Shown: positions 25,935-38,300 of the stretch, piece by piece
How the letters are laid out: each line of letters opens with the position of its first letter
Numbering within the stretch: position 1 is the stretch's first letter
Assembly (NCBI GenBank): GCA_032718475.1
Contig: JAUCBJ010000547.1
Location: forward strand, 1 to 60,355
DNA from: Nemertoderma westbladi
Lineage: Eukaryota; Animalia; Xenacoelomorpha
Direction of reading: 5' to 3'
Length of the DNA stretch: 60,355 nucleotides
Made by a program: the position numbers and the translations under genes
Notes under the pieces: model-generated
Seen by the model: the letters and a program-made list of their open reading frames with translations, nothing else
What the model was told of the DNA's origin: nothing
Database searches by the model: none

Positions 25935-28900
25935 ATGACGGAGTTGATAGAAGATGATCTTGGTATTAGGGAGCGATATACTCTACCTTTGCAAGCATTT
26001 GTGGATAGCTTAATACGCGGTGAAGCCGATCCAACCATTACGGAGGACGATGGTCGTTATATCGAACCACCGATGTCCCAAGAGCAACTTGCGCGTGAAT
26101 TGGATTATCGAAAATTCACCGCTCGCTATACGAATCGTAATGGTACGTATATGGACTTCTTAACTACCGGCCATCCTATCGATTTACATGATACGGACGA
26201 TGTAGATACAGAGAGGGAAATGGTTCTGTTTAAATATCATACCCAGCGGAGTCGTAACGATAAACCGAGAATAGATCACGAAAATTCTATTCGTAATAGA
26301 CTGGAAAGAGAAAACGTTGAAGAACCGGATAAACGCATCGACTTCAACGAATACCTAGAATTTTTGAGAGAAACCTATCTCAATATCGCCAGTCAGCAGA
26401 ACCTAGAGACTCGATATCCTCAAGGTATACATCATGACCCTGTGGTAGAACTCAAACGGCTCTATTTCACTATGATGTATCTTACCGCCGAGCGTCCACT
26501 ACCTGTTATCCCGGATAGTTTTGAACAAATGGAAGAATATTGCAAAACTGGAGAACGATCACCCGCGTTTCCTCTACAGGACGTACGTCTTTGGTATTAT
26601 TGTGACGAATGCCCTAGACCCAACCAACAAACTGAAAGACATAAACATCCGCGGAGACATTGCGCTAAACACAGCTTTACGCGTTACACTTACGGGAGTT
26701 TCGAGCGAAACCTATTCGACGTACCACCTACGATCGCTCGTCTTAAACGATCACTGAATAAACCCATGATCAGAGTTCCGGAATACTCGGTCCGGCCTCC
26801 TCATTCCCTAGTGAGACCTCAAACTCTTGATCCTAACAGTATCACTGATCCTCCCGAACTATATTCCCTGTTCAAAGACTTAGTGTTACCCGAACAATTA
26901 ATCGGTGGTGCTCCGGTAGTGGGTTCGTTAGACATTCGCCCATCCTACTTAGCCGGATTGGGACGCGGGCAGCTAATATCGCCCTTTGATCCTTACAATC
27001 GTCCAGGATTAAACCCGATGCAACCCGCCACGGAAGTCGAGGAGAGCATTATAAGAAACGCTTTAGACGCTATTCGACAGAAGATCGGAAAGGGAACACA
27101 AGATTGTTTAGAGAAACGTAAATTACAACAACAAGTCCAATCGGTGAAGGAGCTAGCCTTGCCACAGTTCGATAGAGAAATCCAAAACCTCGAGGAAGAC
27201 ATCGAGCTTGGACGCACGTATTCTCTACAAGAATTTTTAGATGAACGCTTACAGAGACAAGCGGAAGAAAATCTACTCGAGGAGAAACACACGAAACTGG
27301 AAGAGAGAGAAGAAGCCGCTTTAGCCCAACCTGAAGCTCAAATCCTTATGACAGACCTCTACTCTCAAACCATTCGTCATCCCTCGATGATTCCACATTT
27401 CGGAGACAAACTCTTCGCGACGATACAACCTCAACCAGTTGATATCAGTACAGGATCGCAAAATCTTATCGCTGACGCCCCTATGTTACAGCGTCCGCCG
27501 ATCGAGGCCACTCGTGTTGACGGTATACTCGTTGAACCTCCGGACAATCGAGCGGATCTTGTCCGTCGTATGGTACACGATGTCAACATACGCGCTAGAC
27601 CTTTACAGAACTCGTTTTATGGGATTAAAGACCACCCTTATTACGTTAATCTGACCCAATATTATATGGTAAAACCAGAAGACCCGACGCATAATTTAAA
27701 GTTTCTACCACTAATAAATCCTCTAGACATTGTCGAACTCGAACAATTGCAGAAACATCTGGATCAGTTAGTAAAAGTAAACTCATTTAGAAAACCATAT
27801 AACATTTCTAGAATCGAGAAAGATATAGAACCCCCTTATAATCTCGATGGATTTATTAAAACTCGATTAGTCCATTGGAATCTAGATGTATTATTTGAAG
27901 AAGAGAAAATACAAAGATACGGAAATTTGGAGACATATACCACTCGGCACATGAAGTATAGTGATCTCCCTGACGCTAACCAATGCGCCACCTTGTGGCA
28001 TCCAGTAGGGATGACCCTAGAGAACGCCACCAAGGAGTGGAATGAAACTCTTAATGTTATTGAGATGTATGGAGTTGTCACCTACGATAATGAAGGTAGC
28101 GTTCCGGTTGGAGAACTAGGAACTACGCGCATGATCCACATACGCGGATTAGCTGGTTCTACCCACGTGTTTACTCGAGCGTGTTCCGACGTGATTGATT
28201 ATTCCTTTGAAACTCTCACCGAAACACAAAGGAATCTCCGACATGGACAATTCGAACTCACGCAGCGTTACGTCATTGACACCGAACGCAAACCGGCCAT
28301 GGGTATCGATGGATCGATGTTACCCCAGCCCGTACTCGAGATGTTGTTCAACGAAAGAATCCTTAAAATCGGCTCAGCTGTTTATGGAGATCTCCAAAAC
28401 GACTTTCGGAATATGGAGAACATTCCATACCCTTTCGTTGATACTCAGCTGATTGCTCCCTGGGCAGAAGGTCGAGGTTTCTTCCGCACCATGTATGCTA
28501 ATACGTCTAGCAACATTACAAAGGTGCAACGAACTTCCATCGGACATCTTGCCTTTCAGGAATACGGATGGAATTTCAAAGTCGGAAATCCCATTAACTA
28601 TCAACAAGTATACGGAGACCATTATTCTCGATTATACTTTGATGGACCATTGACCGCACCTGGCGCCGTGTATAGCTTCATGAGTGTTCCACTCCGTCCC
28701 TCCTTAGCTATATACACGATCTTTGAAAACACCGCACTTGCCGGTTGGGTAGCCGATGTGTGCAGTCGTACTATACGCGCCCATCCATTAATACTTGGGA
28801 CCAAACTCGCTAAGCTAGATGAACATAATAAATTCATCCGCTTCGAATGTTTCCGGCGATTTTTAACCCCGTTCCGCAACGTGGATAGCCAATTTAAAGA

Positions 28901-30188
28901 CCGCGCTTTGACCAAGCTCAGCCTAAGAAACTCAGCTGCAGAGAAGTTGGATAGCGCTGGATTCGCCATTTTCAAAGAGATTTGTATATCGAATTTGCAC
29001 TCCTCGGTTATACAAAGACCTCGAATCCCCACAGGTTATTCTGTCGTGGAAATTCAGACAATAGGTCCACCTGAAGAGACAGACACGCCCACCTCAGCTA
29101 TGCACTTGGAAGACGAGCCAATATGTCTAGAATCTGAGGAGATTCAGCCTATCGCGTCCCGGAACAGCGACAACGACTACATCATAGAATGGTATCAAGG
29201 TCCACAGTGTCTCACTGCGTACGATTATCGACATGCCAACTATGTTTCTAGGCAACGTTGTCGGTTATGCGCATCGAGAGACCATGATACGCCCATGGAC
29301 ACAAACGTCCGCTGTTCCTATTTCCAAGAACAACCGACTATGGAAATTTATTGCGCATATTGCAGAATCAATAACTTGCATATCTTTGCGGTTTGCCCTC
29401 AATTTATGACTCAATGTCACCATTGTCAACTAAAGGGACATGCCAGTTTCGATTGCCCTTTTAATCACGATTTGGAAAGCGTAGATGAAATGATCACACT
29501 ACGTTACATCAGAGCTTGGGAAGCGAACGCTGATTTACATTGTGATTCGCGCCATCGCTATTATCCCGGACGCGCTTACGAAGGAGTTTATGCGTTCCAT
29601 CCTTATCTATTCGCTTCGGTCGAACAGAAATCACGCATATCGAGTTACGAGCTACTGAAGCGCGTCGGAGAATGTATTTCAACCAAATTTGTACGCAAAT
29701 TTCTCAGGAGTGTTAATCCTAGCGACCTTCATTCCTATAACTTAATCAATTACATCCGTCAGGATCCAGACTATGGAGACTTATTTGTTAACTCACACCC
29801 CGAGTTACAGGAAGTATATCGACGGCCTTACGAATACCGAGCCCGCGAACGCGAGTTGGAAAGAACCATTAAACCCCGGAGGTTTCTAACTGCCTATGGT
29901 CCACCCACGGCCCTCGTTCAGACCACTCGTAAAGGACCCGTAAGAGCGGCTGTCTTAAAACGAGCTCTCAAAGCCGTTAGACCCCTCTCCCCCGACGTTG
30001 ATGTCAATCAACCCGGTACTTCGACTGGCGGATACACCGACCATAATCCTACACCCTCTGATGCAATCATATTGCACCCTTCACCCAGGAGTTATAGCCC
30101 TCCTTGTAAAGTGGCTCGCCCCAAAGAGAAAAGGACTCTGGCTAGCTTTAAAAAACTGCGTAAACGCCGTCCGCGCAAGAAAGACTAA
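25935..30188 (+). CDS. Element A extra ORF3 (1417 aa): N-terminal CxxC/CxxH domain, DEDD 3'-5' exonuclease (WRN/EXD/Mut-7-like), CCHC zinc fingers, basic tail
   Basis: ExoI VTYDNEG; ExoII LPQPVLEMLFNERILKIGSAVYGDL; FVDT; ExoIII-like YTIFE; CRLC..H..C, CAYC..H..CP..CHHC..GH..C; colinear with ORF 35335-38919; no signal peptide or TM segment evident, so not env-like. Confidence 0.85.
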   Translation: MTELIEDDLGIRERYTLPLQAFVDSLIRGEADPTITEDDGRYIEPPMSQEQLARELDYRKFTARYTNRNGTYMDFLTTGHPIDLHDTDDVDTEREMVLFKYHTQRSRNDKPRIDHENSIRNRLERENVEEPDKRIDFNEYLEFLRETYLNIASQQNLETRYPQGIHHDPVVELKRLYFTMMYLTAERPLPVIPDSFEQMEEYCKTGERSPAFPLQDVRLWYYCDECPRPNQQTERHKHPRRHCAKHSFTRYTYGSFERNLFDVPPTIARLKRSLNKPMIRVPEYSVRPPHSLVRPQTLDPNSITDPPELYSLFKDLVLPEQLIGGAPVVGSLDIRPSYLAGLGRGQLISPFDPYNRPGLNPMQPATEVEESIIRNALDAIRQKIGKGTQDCLEKRKLQQQVQSVKELALPQFDREIQNLEEDIELGRTYSLQEFLDERLQRQAEENLLEEKHTKLEEREEAALAQPEAQILMTDLYSQTIRHPSMIPHFGDKLFATIQPQPVDISTGSQNLIADAPMLQRPPIEATRVDGILVEPPDNRADLVRRMVHDVNIRARPLQNSFYGIKDHPYYVNLTQYYMVKPEDPTHNLKFLPLINPLDIVELEQLQKHLDQLVKVNSFRKPYNISRIEKDIEPPYNLDGFIKTRLVHWNLDVLFEEEKIQRYGNLETYTTRHMKYSDLPDANQCATLWHPVGMTLENATKEWNETLNVIEMYGVVTYDNEGSVPVGELGTTRMIHIRGLAGSTHVFTRACSDVIDYSFETLTETQRNLRHGQFELTQRYVIDTERKPAMGIDGSMLPQPVLEMLFNERILKIGSAVYGDLQNDFRNMENIPYPFVDTQLIAPWAEGRGFFRTMYANTSSNITKVQRTSIGHLAFQEYGWNFKVGNPINYQQVYGDHYSRLYFDGPLTAPGAVYSFMSVPLRPSLAIYTIFENTALAGWVADVCSRTIRAHPLILGTKLAKLDEHNKFIRFECFRRFLTPFRNVDSQFKDRALTKLSLRNSAAEKLDSAGFAIFKEICISNLHSSVIQRPRIPTGYSVVEIQTIGPPEETDTPTSAMHLEDEPICLESEEIQPIASRNSDNDYIIEWYQGPQCLTAYDYRHANYVSRQRCRLCASRDHDTPMDTNVRCSYFQEQPTMEIYCAYCRINNLHIFAVCPQFMTQCHHCQLKGHASFDCPFNHDLESVDEMITLRYIRAWEANADLHCDSRHRYYPGRAYEGVYAFHPYLFASVEQKSRISSYELLKRVGECISTKFVRKFLRSVNPSDLHSYNLINYIRQDPDYGDLFVNSHPELQEVYRRPYEYRARERELERTIKPRRFLTAYGPPTALVQTTRKGPVRAAVLKRALKAVRPLSPDVDVNQPGTSTGGYTDHNPTPSDAIILHPSPRSYSPPCKVARPKEKRTLASFKKLRKRRPRKKD

Positions 30189-30258
30189 CTGTTTAGAGTA
30201 TTTACATATATTAGAAACTGTGATTTTTGTATATTTATAAACTTGAATCCCATTTTCT

Positions 30259-30266
30259 GGGAGCGG
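30259..30266 (+). promoter_or_regulatory. Element A polypurine tract (GGGAGCGG)
   Basis: Purine-rich run immediately before the 3' LTR TG. Confidence 0.75.
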
Positions 30267-31461
30267 TGTAAAAGCTTTTGCGGATATACTCAGTCCCCCT
30301 CGCCCGCAAGGTACCGTTATAGGTGTTTTAACGGACATAAAAGTCATTCTTCTATATGCATGCTTTGGCGGACATGGTAAGGCAAAAAACCCGCAATGCA
30401 CCAAATACCCTGGCACAGCTTAGCCTTGATGATTCAGATTACGACATCTAACAGCTGGTTGCTGACATGGAAACAGCCATTGGACACATGGTTCTTTGTT
30501 TAGCTTAACAGCCAATCAGAGCGATTTTTTCTGTCGATGTGGAGATATTTGGCCGATCGTGCTAGGAGTGTTCAGTCTTACTGTTTTTCTTGATACTGTT
30601 GTGTTGTTTCTATCTAGGCCAGGAACACCGGCTCTAGAGTCAATTCGTTTCAGAATTTAGAAGAAATATTAGTAGGCTTAAGATTATAGAGCGTATAACT
30701 GTTATCAGTCCAACTCAATCAGTGCAACACGGCACATACTTGTCATATCATATCTTAACCTACCGTCTTAATGCTTTTTACTGTTGTCATATTTTGTATC
30801 AGTTGGTTGAATATTATTTGGAGAACATTTATAAAGAACCCAAATTTCCCAATTTTCTTGATACACTACAGGTTAGAGAGACAGGTTACATATAGCGATT
30901 GCGACTTATATTATTGTGGTTTGTAGTGAATTTAATGCTATTTGATAAGCACTACATGAGTCAGTTGCTGTTCTCTTTATATATGATAAAATTCATTGAC
31001 GGTCGGCAAATTAGTGAGCAGTATTGTGTGTTACCGGTAATGTGCATGATTGTGGCTGATAACTAAGCATTTCCTAAAGAATGCGCCTCATACGTGAATC
31101 ATAAGCCTTACCGACTTACCGTTGTGATTAGTATAAGTCATATCTCTGTTTACCGAGATAGAGCGCCACGTCCTAAAGGAACTGTTAGTATTTCCCGAAA
31201 GTGAATAATATTAGTCAGAAATTATTTATTAACGATCAATCGAATAATACAGTAAGCTTACACTGCAATAATAATCTAAGCCCTCAGAATCCAGTCTCCC
31301 GGGTATATCCAGCGGGTGAATGGACGCGCACTAGGCTGGCTTCTGCTAATGTTGTGTTTATTGGTATTAAATATTTGTCAATTTCTAAAGTCTATTTATA
31401 AACCAAAAGACATATAAATTTTGGCAGGTTAAACTGCTAAAGGTCTTCAAAAGCGCGTACA
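30267..31461 (+). repeat. Element A 3' LTR (1195 bp)
   Basis: Matches the 5' LTR; followed by TSD ATACT. Confidence 0.97.
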
Positions 31462-32630
31462 ATACTCAAAAATGATCTCAGCTTAACTAAAAGTGCTGGC
31501 ATTATTGTTGCAAATATATCGGACCACTTACCAGTTTTCGCTCATACACAATTGCATTTCAATAAAAGTAATTTTATTCAACACACATTTATTACAAGCC
31601 GTGATAAGTCAAACAAAAATAAACCAGTTTTTTGGGATAAATTGCAGAAAACCCAATGTTGGGATCAAATAACTTCAAAAAATCATCCAAATGAATCATT
31701 GGATACATATGGAAATTTACCAGAGTTTGTATAATGACAACTTCCCATTCAAAAAGGTTAAGATAATTAATAATGAAAAACCCTGGATTTTTGAAAATAT
31801 TTACCAGTCCATTCCGATGAACCATAAACTATATTCAAATTATTTAAAAAATCGCACTGATAAAAAGAAACACGAGTACATAGTTTATAAAAACATACCA
31901 ACTAAGACTATCAGAATCGCCAAACAACAATATTTTTCTAAGCTTTTTGATAAATATAAGTTCAATATTAGCAAAATATGGTCAGTAATCAAGGAAGTAA
32001 TAAATAAAAAACAAACTCTCTTTCCACAAATTTTTTTATTGATGGTTTCAAAACTGATAACCAAAGTAAAATTGCAAATGGATTTAATGACTATTTTAGT
32101 ACTGTCGCAACTAATCTTGCTGAGACAATCACAAATCCGGCGGGATCCTTTACAGATACTTTAGGTACACCTCAGCCAAAGTCTATATTTTTTTCACCAC
32201 TAAATAAATCTGAGGTAGAAGGAATTGTAATAAGTTTGAGTAAATCTAAAGCGGTTAGTTCAGATCTTATAGATCCAAGCGTTGCCCGTAATTGTTTTAC
32301 TCTCATTAGTGAACCAATTACACATATAATTAACCAATCTCTATCCTTTGGTATCTTCCCTGACAAATGGAAATTAGCAAGAGTGGTCCCAATTTTTAAG
32401 GCTAACGAAACTTTTAAATTTTCCAATTACCGCCCTGTAAGTATTTTGCCCTTTCTATCCAAAATTCTAGAAAAGGCAGTGTTTCTGCAAGTTCTTGATT
32501 TTTTAAATGAAACAGATGGAATTCATGAAAATCAATTTGGTTTTCAAAAGAGAATATCAACTACAGTACAACAGCCTTCATTCTCTTATATAGCAATTTA
32601 ACAGAAGCATTTGAAAATAGAGATACAACT
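31462..32630 (+). mobile_element. Degenerate CR1/L2-type LINE ORF2, piece 2 (end of APE to start of RT)
   Basis: ISDHLPVF, KPWI, FPDKWKLARVVPIFK, SNYRPVSILPFLSKILEK, NQFGF; frameshifted; bounded by the TSDs of elements A and B. Confidence 0.9.
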
Positions 32631-34540
32631 TATTCGAAGAGACAGTAACAATACCTGCAATATCCTACTGTAAAGTTTGTGAATCAAATCATAAATCCGA
32701 CCTTCTCACCAAAACAGTAAACTCTAAGTAAGCGAATATATTGCAGTATCGATCTCTTATAACCGGTGAGGCAGAAAACAGTCTACGAGCAGACAAACTT
32801 CGATAAAACAAAATCCCGCGCAGCGAATCCTAAAATCAGGCTGACTCACTGACGGACTAAGGGGCTCGTATACTTTGCCGCGGTGTGATTTATATGGTTG
32901 GGCGAAAGGGACGCTAGCTAGGTACAGAGGCAGAGATTTGGAGATGTCTAACTAGCGGGCAAAGCACAGTACGGACAAAGTTAATTTTATATATTTTGAG
33001 GTGTAAATAATTTCTAACGCGCGCGTGTGTTAATTTTGAACGGTCAAAGGCAGTTTTGCTCCTTCACATATATAATTACTGGGTACGGTGTGCATTTTAC
33101 GAATATTCTAATTTTGTAACTTGTAGGTCCAATACTCACGAATGATAAGGTTCCTTCCCCTCTTGCGTATTTCCAGAACTCAAATTCAGGCATAAGGTTA
33201 ATGCTACGCCCAGAATTCGGCAATTTTAATTACCAGGCCCCTAATACTAAGAAGAAATGTGTTAGTTTACTACTGTAGGCGTACAGTTACTAATAGCTAT
33301 CCTGGCTCTTATCTAGAATTTTAGTCACCTAGGTAGGCTGGGTAACTTCCTATCAGGACGTTGGCGGGGACACGGTAGATGTTAGTATATCCCTAATAGC
33401 CTCAATTTATTTGCGCCTAGTTGTAAACTGCCCTACCGCCTGAACGGTACAATCCCAATTCAGGTGAAACACAGCAACCCTCCTAGCCTACAAGTTCTAA
33501 TGCAATGGACACCGTTGTACTACAAATAGTCGCAAACGCACCTGCACTTAGCAAGAGTTAGGCGTACAGTTTGCTGCACCCTACCAATGTGTATGCTTCG
33601 TACCGGTGTGCCTACGTCCTATCTGCGTACTAGTATCTGCCTGCTCTTTCCCTCCCCCCGTAGGAATGTGAAGGTCTACTGTGGTTTTTCCTGAATCAAG
33701 ACAGTACGGTCCCTAAGATGTAATTTTAGGCTCACAGCGTGTCACTACTTCTACCTTTTGATCTTTGGTCTTACGCTTAGGTAGCAAGGCGTCGAACGCT
33801 GTCTAACCTTTCAGGCGATGGGCGAATAACTAATGGTGGTATTGCGGGTTGTCTCCTGTCTACATTCCCTTGATGTTCCCGTTCATTGCTGCGGCCCGAT
33901 CTCTAGCCGGCCATCCTGTTCCTAAGGGTGTTCACCGTAGTGAATCATGGTAAAAGAAAAGCAGGTAGCGGTATTTCTGAATTTATTGCAGATAATAATA
34001 CAAATGTAATCTGAAAACTAATGACAGAATAAACAAATATCAGATAACTCAGAGATAAGAAATATAATCTGTGATGAGAATGATAAGATAACTAATGAAC
34101 AAATCGCACCTTTATATACCAAATTTGTGCTGCAATCAATCGAGAAAATTCTCGATTGTTCTATAGGTTCTAACAGGTTTTTAAAGATAACTATTGGTCC
34201 AGCTAATATATAACTTGCACGACATTGGTTACGATCAAATAACTGCAGTCTCATTGGTTAATCTAGGTACAAACAAATGCAATTTAATTTGTAGCGGTTA
34301 ATTTAAATGAGTTGAAATTCTGCACAAAAAATAATTCGCACTTACTAGGATTCGAACTCAATACCTACTACACATATAATTTCCAACGCTCTACCGACTG
34401 AGCTACTGAACCACTTGAATAATAGGCGTACAATAGATATAACAAATACAAATGAGGACTCAAAGCAATCTTTTACAAAGTTAATTCGAATAAAAATAAA
34501 ATTTTGAAAATCCACGGCATTTAGGGAATATAATTCTATA
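32631..34540 (-). repeat. Element B 3' LTR (1910 bp), TA...TA termini
   Basis: Direct repeat of 49874-51782 with about 3 substitutions and one 1-bp indel seen by eye. Confidence 0.96.
34326..34412 (-). ncRNA. tRNA-like Pol III unit in element B LTR (3' LTR copy)
   Basis: Minus strand GGTTCAG-TA-GCTC-AGTCGGTA-GAGC...GAGTTCGAATCC...TTTTTT: intact D arm/A box, B box and T6 terminator; acceptor and anticodon stems do not pair. Confidence 0.6.
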
Positions 34541-34547
34541 CCACTCC
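34541..34547 (-). promoter_or_regulatory. Element B polypurine tract (GGAGTGG)
   Basis: Immediately upstream of the 3' LTR in element orientation; resembles the element A PPT. Confidence 0.7.
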
Positions 34548-35334
34548 ATGAAAACAGGATATTATCGTGCATAAAATATACGGTTTTCACCAATAATCAA
34601 TCAAACTATAGAATACTTAGGGCGTACTTACATATTTACAAATTAAATTTCAAACAATACTTCCTTTCTACATAATGATTCGATGCAAAATAATTACAAA
34701 TTCAAACTTTACTTAGTTAAGGCTTTACTAAGTAAGTACAATATAAATCTAAATTAAATTCACCAATATAAATCTATTGCATCTCAATATTGCATAAATT
34801 CAAACAATTACAAATACAAATAAATGAAAATCATAAGAAAGGCTCGCGAGTCTTCCATCTACTATTGCATCTCAAATATTGCATAAATTCAAATAATTAC
34901 AAATACTTTCGTGCCTAAATGTAGATTGCATAAGTTCGGAATAATTACAAATATGAGTCTTTCTAAGCACAAAACTTTCTAACTATAAAACTTTCTAAAT
35001 ACAAAATATAACACTTTACAAATGAAACTATAAGAAAGGCCCACGAGTCTTCCATCTACTCTTACTTTCTATTTCACTGTAAATACAAATACTGCTTATA
35101 AGATATAAATTGCATAATATTCGGAACAATATAAATTGCATAAGTTCGGAATAATCACAAATATAAAATATAAATCTTGCAAAATATAAATTCTTACTGA
35201 ATATAAATTCTTACTAAATATGAGTTTTTCCAGAATACAAAACTTACTAATTAAATATAAAACATATAATTCAAAATAAATCACAAATTCACAAGAAAGG
35301 CTCACGAGTCTTCCGTCCACCCTTGCCCTCCCTT

Positions 35335-38300
35335 TTATCGCTTAGTTGATCGAGCCCTGCCGCGTCCTCGAAGACTGCGCACAGGTGACTTTGCTCGCGA
35401 TATGGGACTTGTGGGGCGAGTCACTGGTTTTGTTTGGACGTTGAGAGACGGTGCGACTATTTCCTCGCAAATTCGTCTATTTGGCATCCCAAAACCTCGA
35501 CCGATTCCTCGTGACCGATCAGTTGTCACTACAGTTGGTAGAACGTCTGGGAACGCGCGGGAAGTGGACGACGCAGACCCAAGAGTAGCTTGCGCCCCCT
35601 TCTGATCAGCTGGTGTGTGTCCCGATCCTCCTGTTGGTTCTCTAGGAAGCGATACCGTATCCCGAGTAATTCGAATGGTCGGCTCGACTCCCTTGCGTTC
35701 TTCTATATTAATAGACTTCTTTAACTGTTGGCCCACTTTCTGGACCCGTATGATCCTACCCTGTCCGTCCTCCCGAGGGTGACGTGCAGATGGCGCAACC
35801 GGAGTGGCTGGTATATTTGTCGCCTCTAGGACCTCCTCTTCCTCGAATACGCTCGCTCGTATACGTTTATGGTAAAACGCGGCTCGGTACGCCCATGCGA
35901 CAGTTAACCAAGCTCCTTTATTCCGCTTTTCAGTTCGGAAACGATCGAATTCACCATACGTGATGCGATTAACGACTTTCTGAAAATTCCACGTGTTTTT
36001 GTTATCCGGGTGAATCTGTAGTAGATACTCGCGCACTACTCGGAATCCACTGTCGTGGGGCAAAATATCGACTACCTCGATAAGTTCGTCATATTGGGGC
36101 ATAGCGGAGATGTATCCTTCCGACATCATCGTTTGGGGATTTACCGCCCAAAATCCAAGATGCGCCCTCATCGGAAATCGTCTTCTTTGTGCCGATACAT
36201 GTTCGTCGGCTAAATCTTCCCACTCATCAAATAATTTTCTCACGAGTTTTACAGATTCGTGTTCATAAGGTATGTCTCTTAGTTGGCATTCAGATGCTCG
36301 ATGCCCTTTTATATTGCAATAAGTACATTGAGCCATAAATCTCCAGCAAGTATAAAAGGTATGAGACCCTTGATCCCCACACCATCCACAGATTAGCTGA
36401 GTCGTAGTAATGTGCTTTCCACTGCACTTTGTCATATGATGTCCAGCGACGCCACATTTACCACACATCGTATTGGCAGGGTACCACACTCGTTCGTATA
36501 TAAGATCTCCAATCGGTCGAGCGCTTCCTCCCACACTATAATCGTAATCATCTGGATCTATGGGTTGGTAGGTTTCTGAAGGTTGTATACAAACTATAGC
36601 ATCTGTTGCTTCAAGTTGTCGAATCTCCGTCTGAGATTTCTTCGGGAGGTTTCTTTCTATCTCAAGAAGTTCCTCTAAAGGATCGTCAGTGATCGTAGTA
36701 GTTACTTCGAAATCATCACCAAGGTGACCGATAGGCGCGCGCGTCTGCCGTGATTCATCCGTAATCTCCACGATACGTTCTCCTTCGTAGGGTAATAATG
36801 TAAACATAGATGGTCTTTCGATAAGAGATCCCGCACAGCGAAGATACACGTCTCGAAATATACTAAATCCTGCTCGAGTAAAGGCATTACACTGAGCGTC
36901 GGAGTTATAGAAGGGTTCAAGGAATCGTCTAAACACGTCGGTATGAATTCTCCCTTCCATGTTGAATGTATGATCTTCTCCGAGACAAAGTGGATGTCTT
37001 TTGAGAGTCCGAGACACAATGTCGGCGATTAGGCAAACATTCACTGACGACTCTATTGCTAAATAATATTGTAGGACCGCTCTTGGAGGTGACGTAATAG
37101 CCCAATACACGCATCCTCTCCATTTAAGCTGTGATTCAAACTCACTCATATCTGGAGTATCACCTTCTCCATAAGTTTCAATAAACTTGTTTCTCTTACT
37201 TTCCTTATAATCCCAATTGAATAACAGGTAGGAAATGTATCCAGTTCCAGTCTTCTGAGTATTGTACTCACGAAAATATCCCTGTTCTATAGACCACAAA
37301 ATAAGAGGTCGAGTGTCGACGTAAGGTGTCGGTAGTCGGTCATCGCTGTCCGTCATGCCGGCGAAGTCGCTAATTAAGTCCTCCCTTACTCCTGATCCAA
37401 TCTTTACAACAGTTTTATCTAAAATCATGTTTCTTACCATCTTCGGTAGCATTCTAGCGTCGATATTACAAGCTTGGTCCATCTTCTTTACTATGTCGGT
37501 GATAAGATGGTGTCGCTTTGTATTCGCTGGAGGTATCGGCATTCGTTTGTCGCTCCTCTGTCTACTGAAAACGTGCAGGACTCCGTCCGCCGCTCTAATT
37601 TGTATAGTCTTAGAAGTCAAACTCTGCTGATGACTGCCGCCCTCGTTATCGTAAAACATGTAACCATTTTCCTGAAACGATCTAAACGTCCTATTCCATT
37701 CATCCAACAATTCTTCCGAAGGTTGCCAAATCTTCTCTATGTCCTTATCATCTTCGAAACGAATAACCTTACCTCGCCAATCCGCGGCAATATCTGTATC
37801 CGACTCGAAGGTTCCGGTTCCAATCCATAAACGAATCGTCTTGGTTAAATATCCTTTCAAATTACTCGGAGCTATATCGGCACCAGCTCTATCCAGTTCC
37901 TTAAAGTCTTGAATATGAGGTGGAACGTTGTACACGACCTTTTGAGTAATATGTCTACGTAAATCATATATCTTACTCATATCGCTGAAAACAACTGCAG
38001 GAAGAAACTCCAAGTTTGAAATGATTTCTGGATGATCCACGATGGGTATTTCGTACGTCGTATCCTGTCGGACTGGTATACTAATAGGAAAATTGAGTGT
38101 CGTACTCAATGGTTTCGTAGTTGAAGTACTATATGGTTGCATTTCTCTTGTCCTCTCCGGGGATGCAATCTGTAGTCTCTGAATAACGTTTTGAGCAAAG
38201 TTTATGCTCTCGAAAACTTCCGGTGTCATCTCCTTAGCTGGAGTTTGATCGTGTGACGTCCAATGGTAAGGTAGGCTCGCGAGTCTTCCGCCCCATTCTT

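Larger units (their letters stand above)
12773..31461 (+). mobile_element. Element A: full-length giant BEL/Pao LTR retrotransposon (18,689 bp) with extra exonuclease ORF
   Basis: Two 1195-bp LTRs TGTA...TACA, 5-bp TSD ATACT (12768-12772 and 31462-31466), PPT, BEL-type gag-pol. Confidence 0.97.

Noticed and set aside
25935-30188. ORF3 as an envelope gene
   Set aside because: No signal peptide, transmembrane anchor or glycoprotein-like Cys pattern evident; nuclease and zinc-finger motifs instead.
34338-34412. Functional tRNA gene, or the LTR-encoded primer for element B
   Set aside because: Acceptor and anticodon stems do not pair, and its 3' region matches the PBS over only ~5 nt (TCCTA), versus 11/11 for the LTR-internal site.
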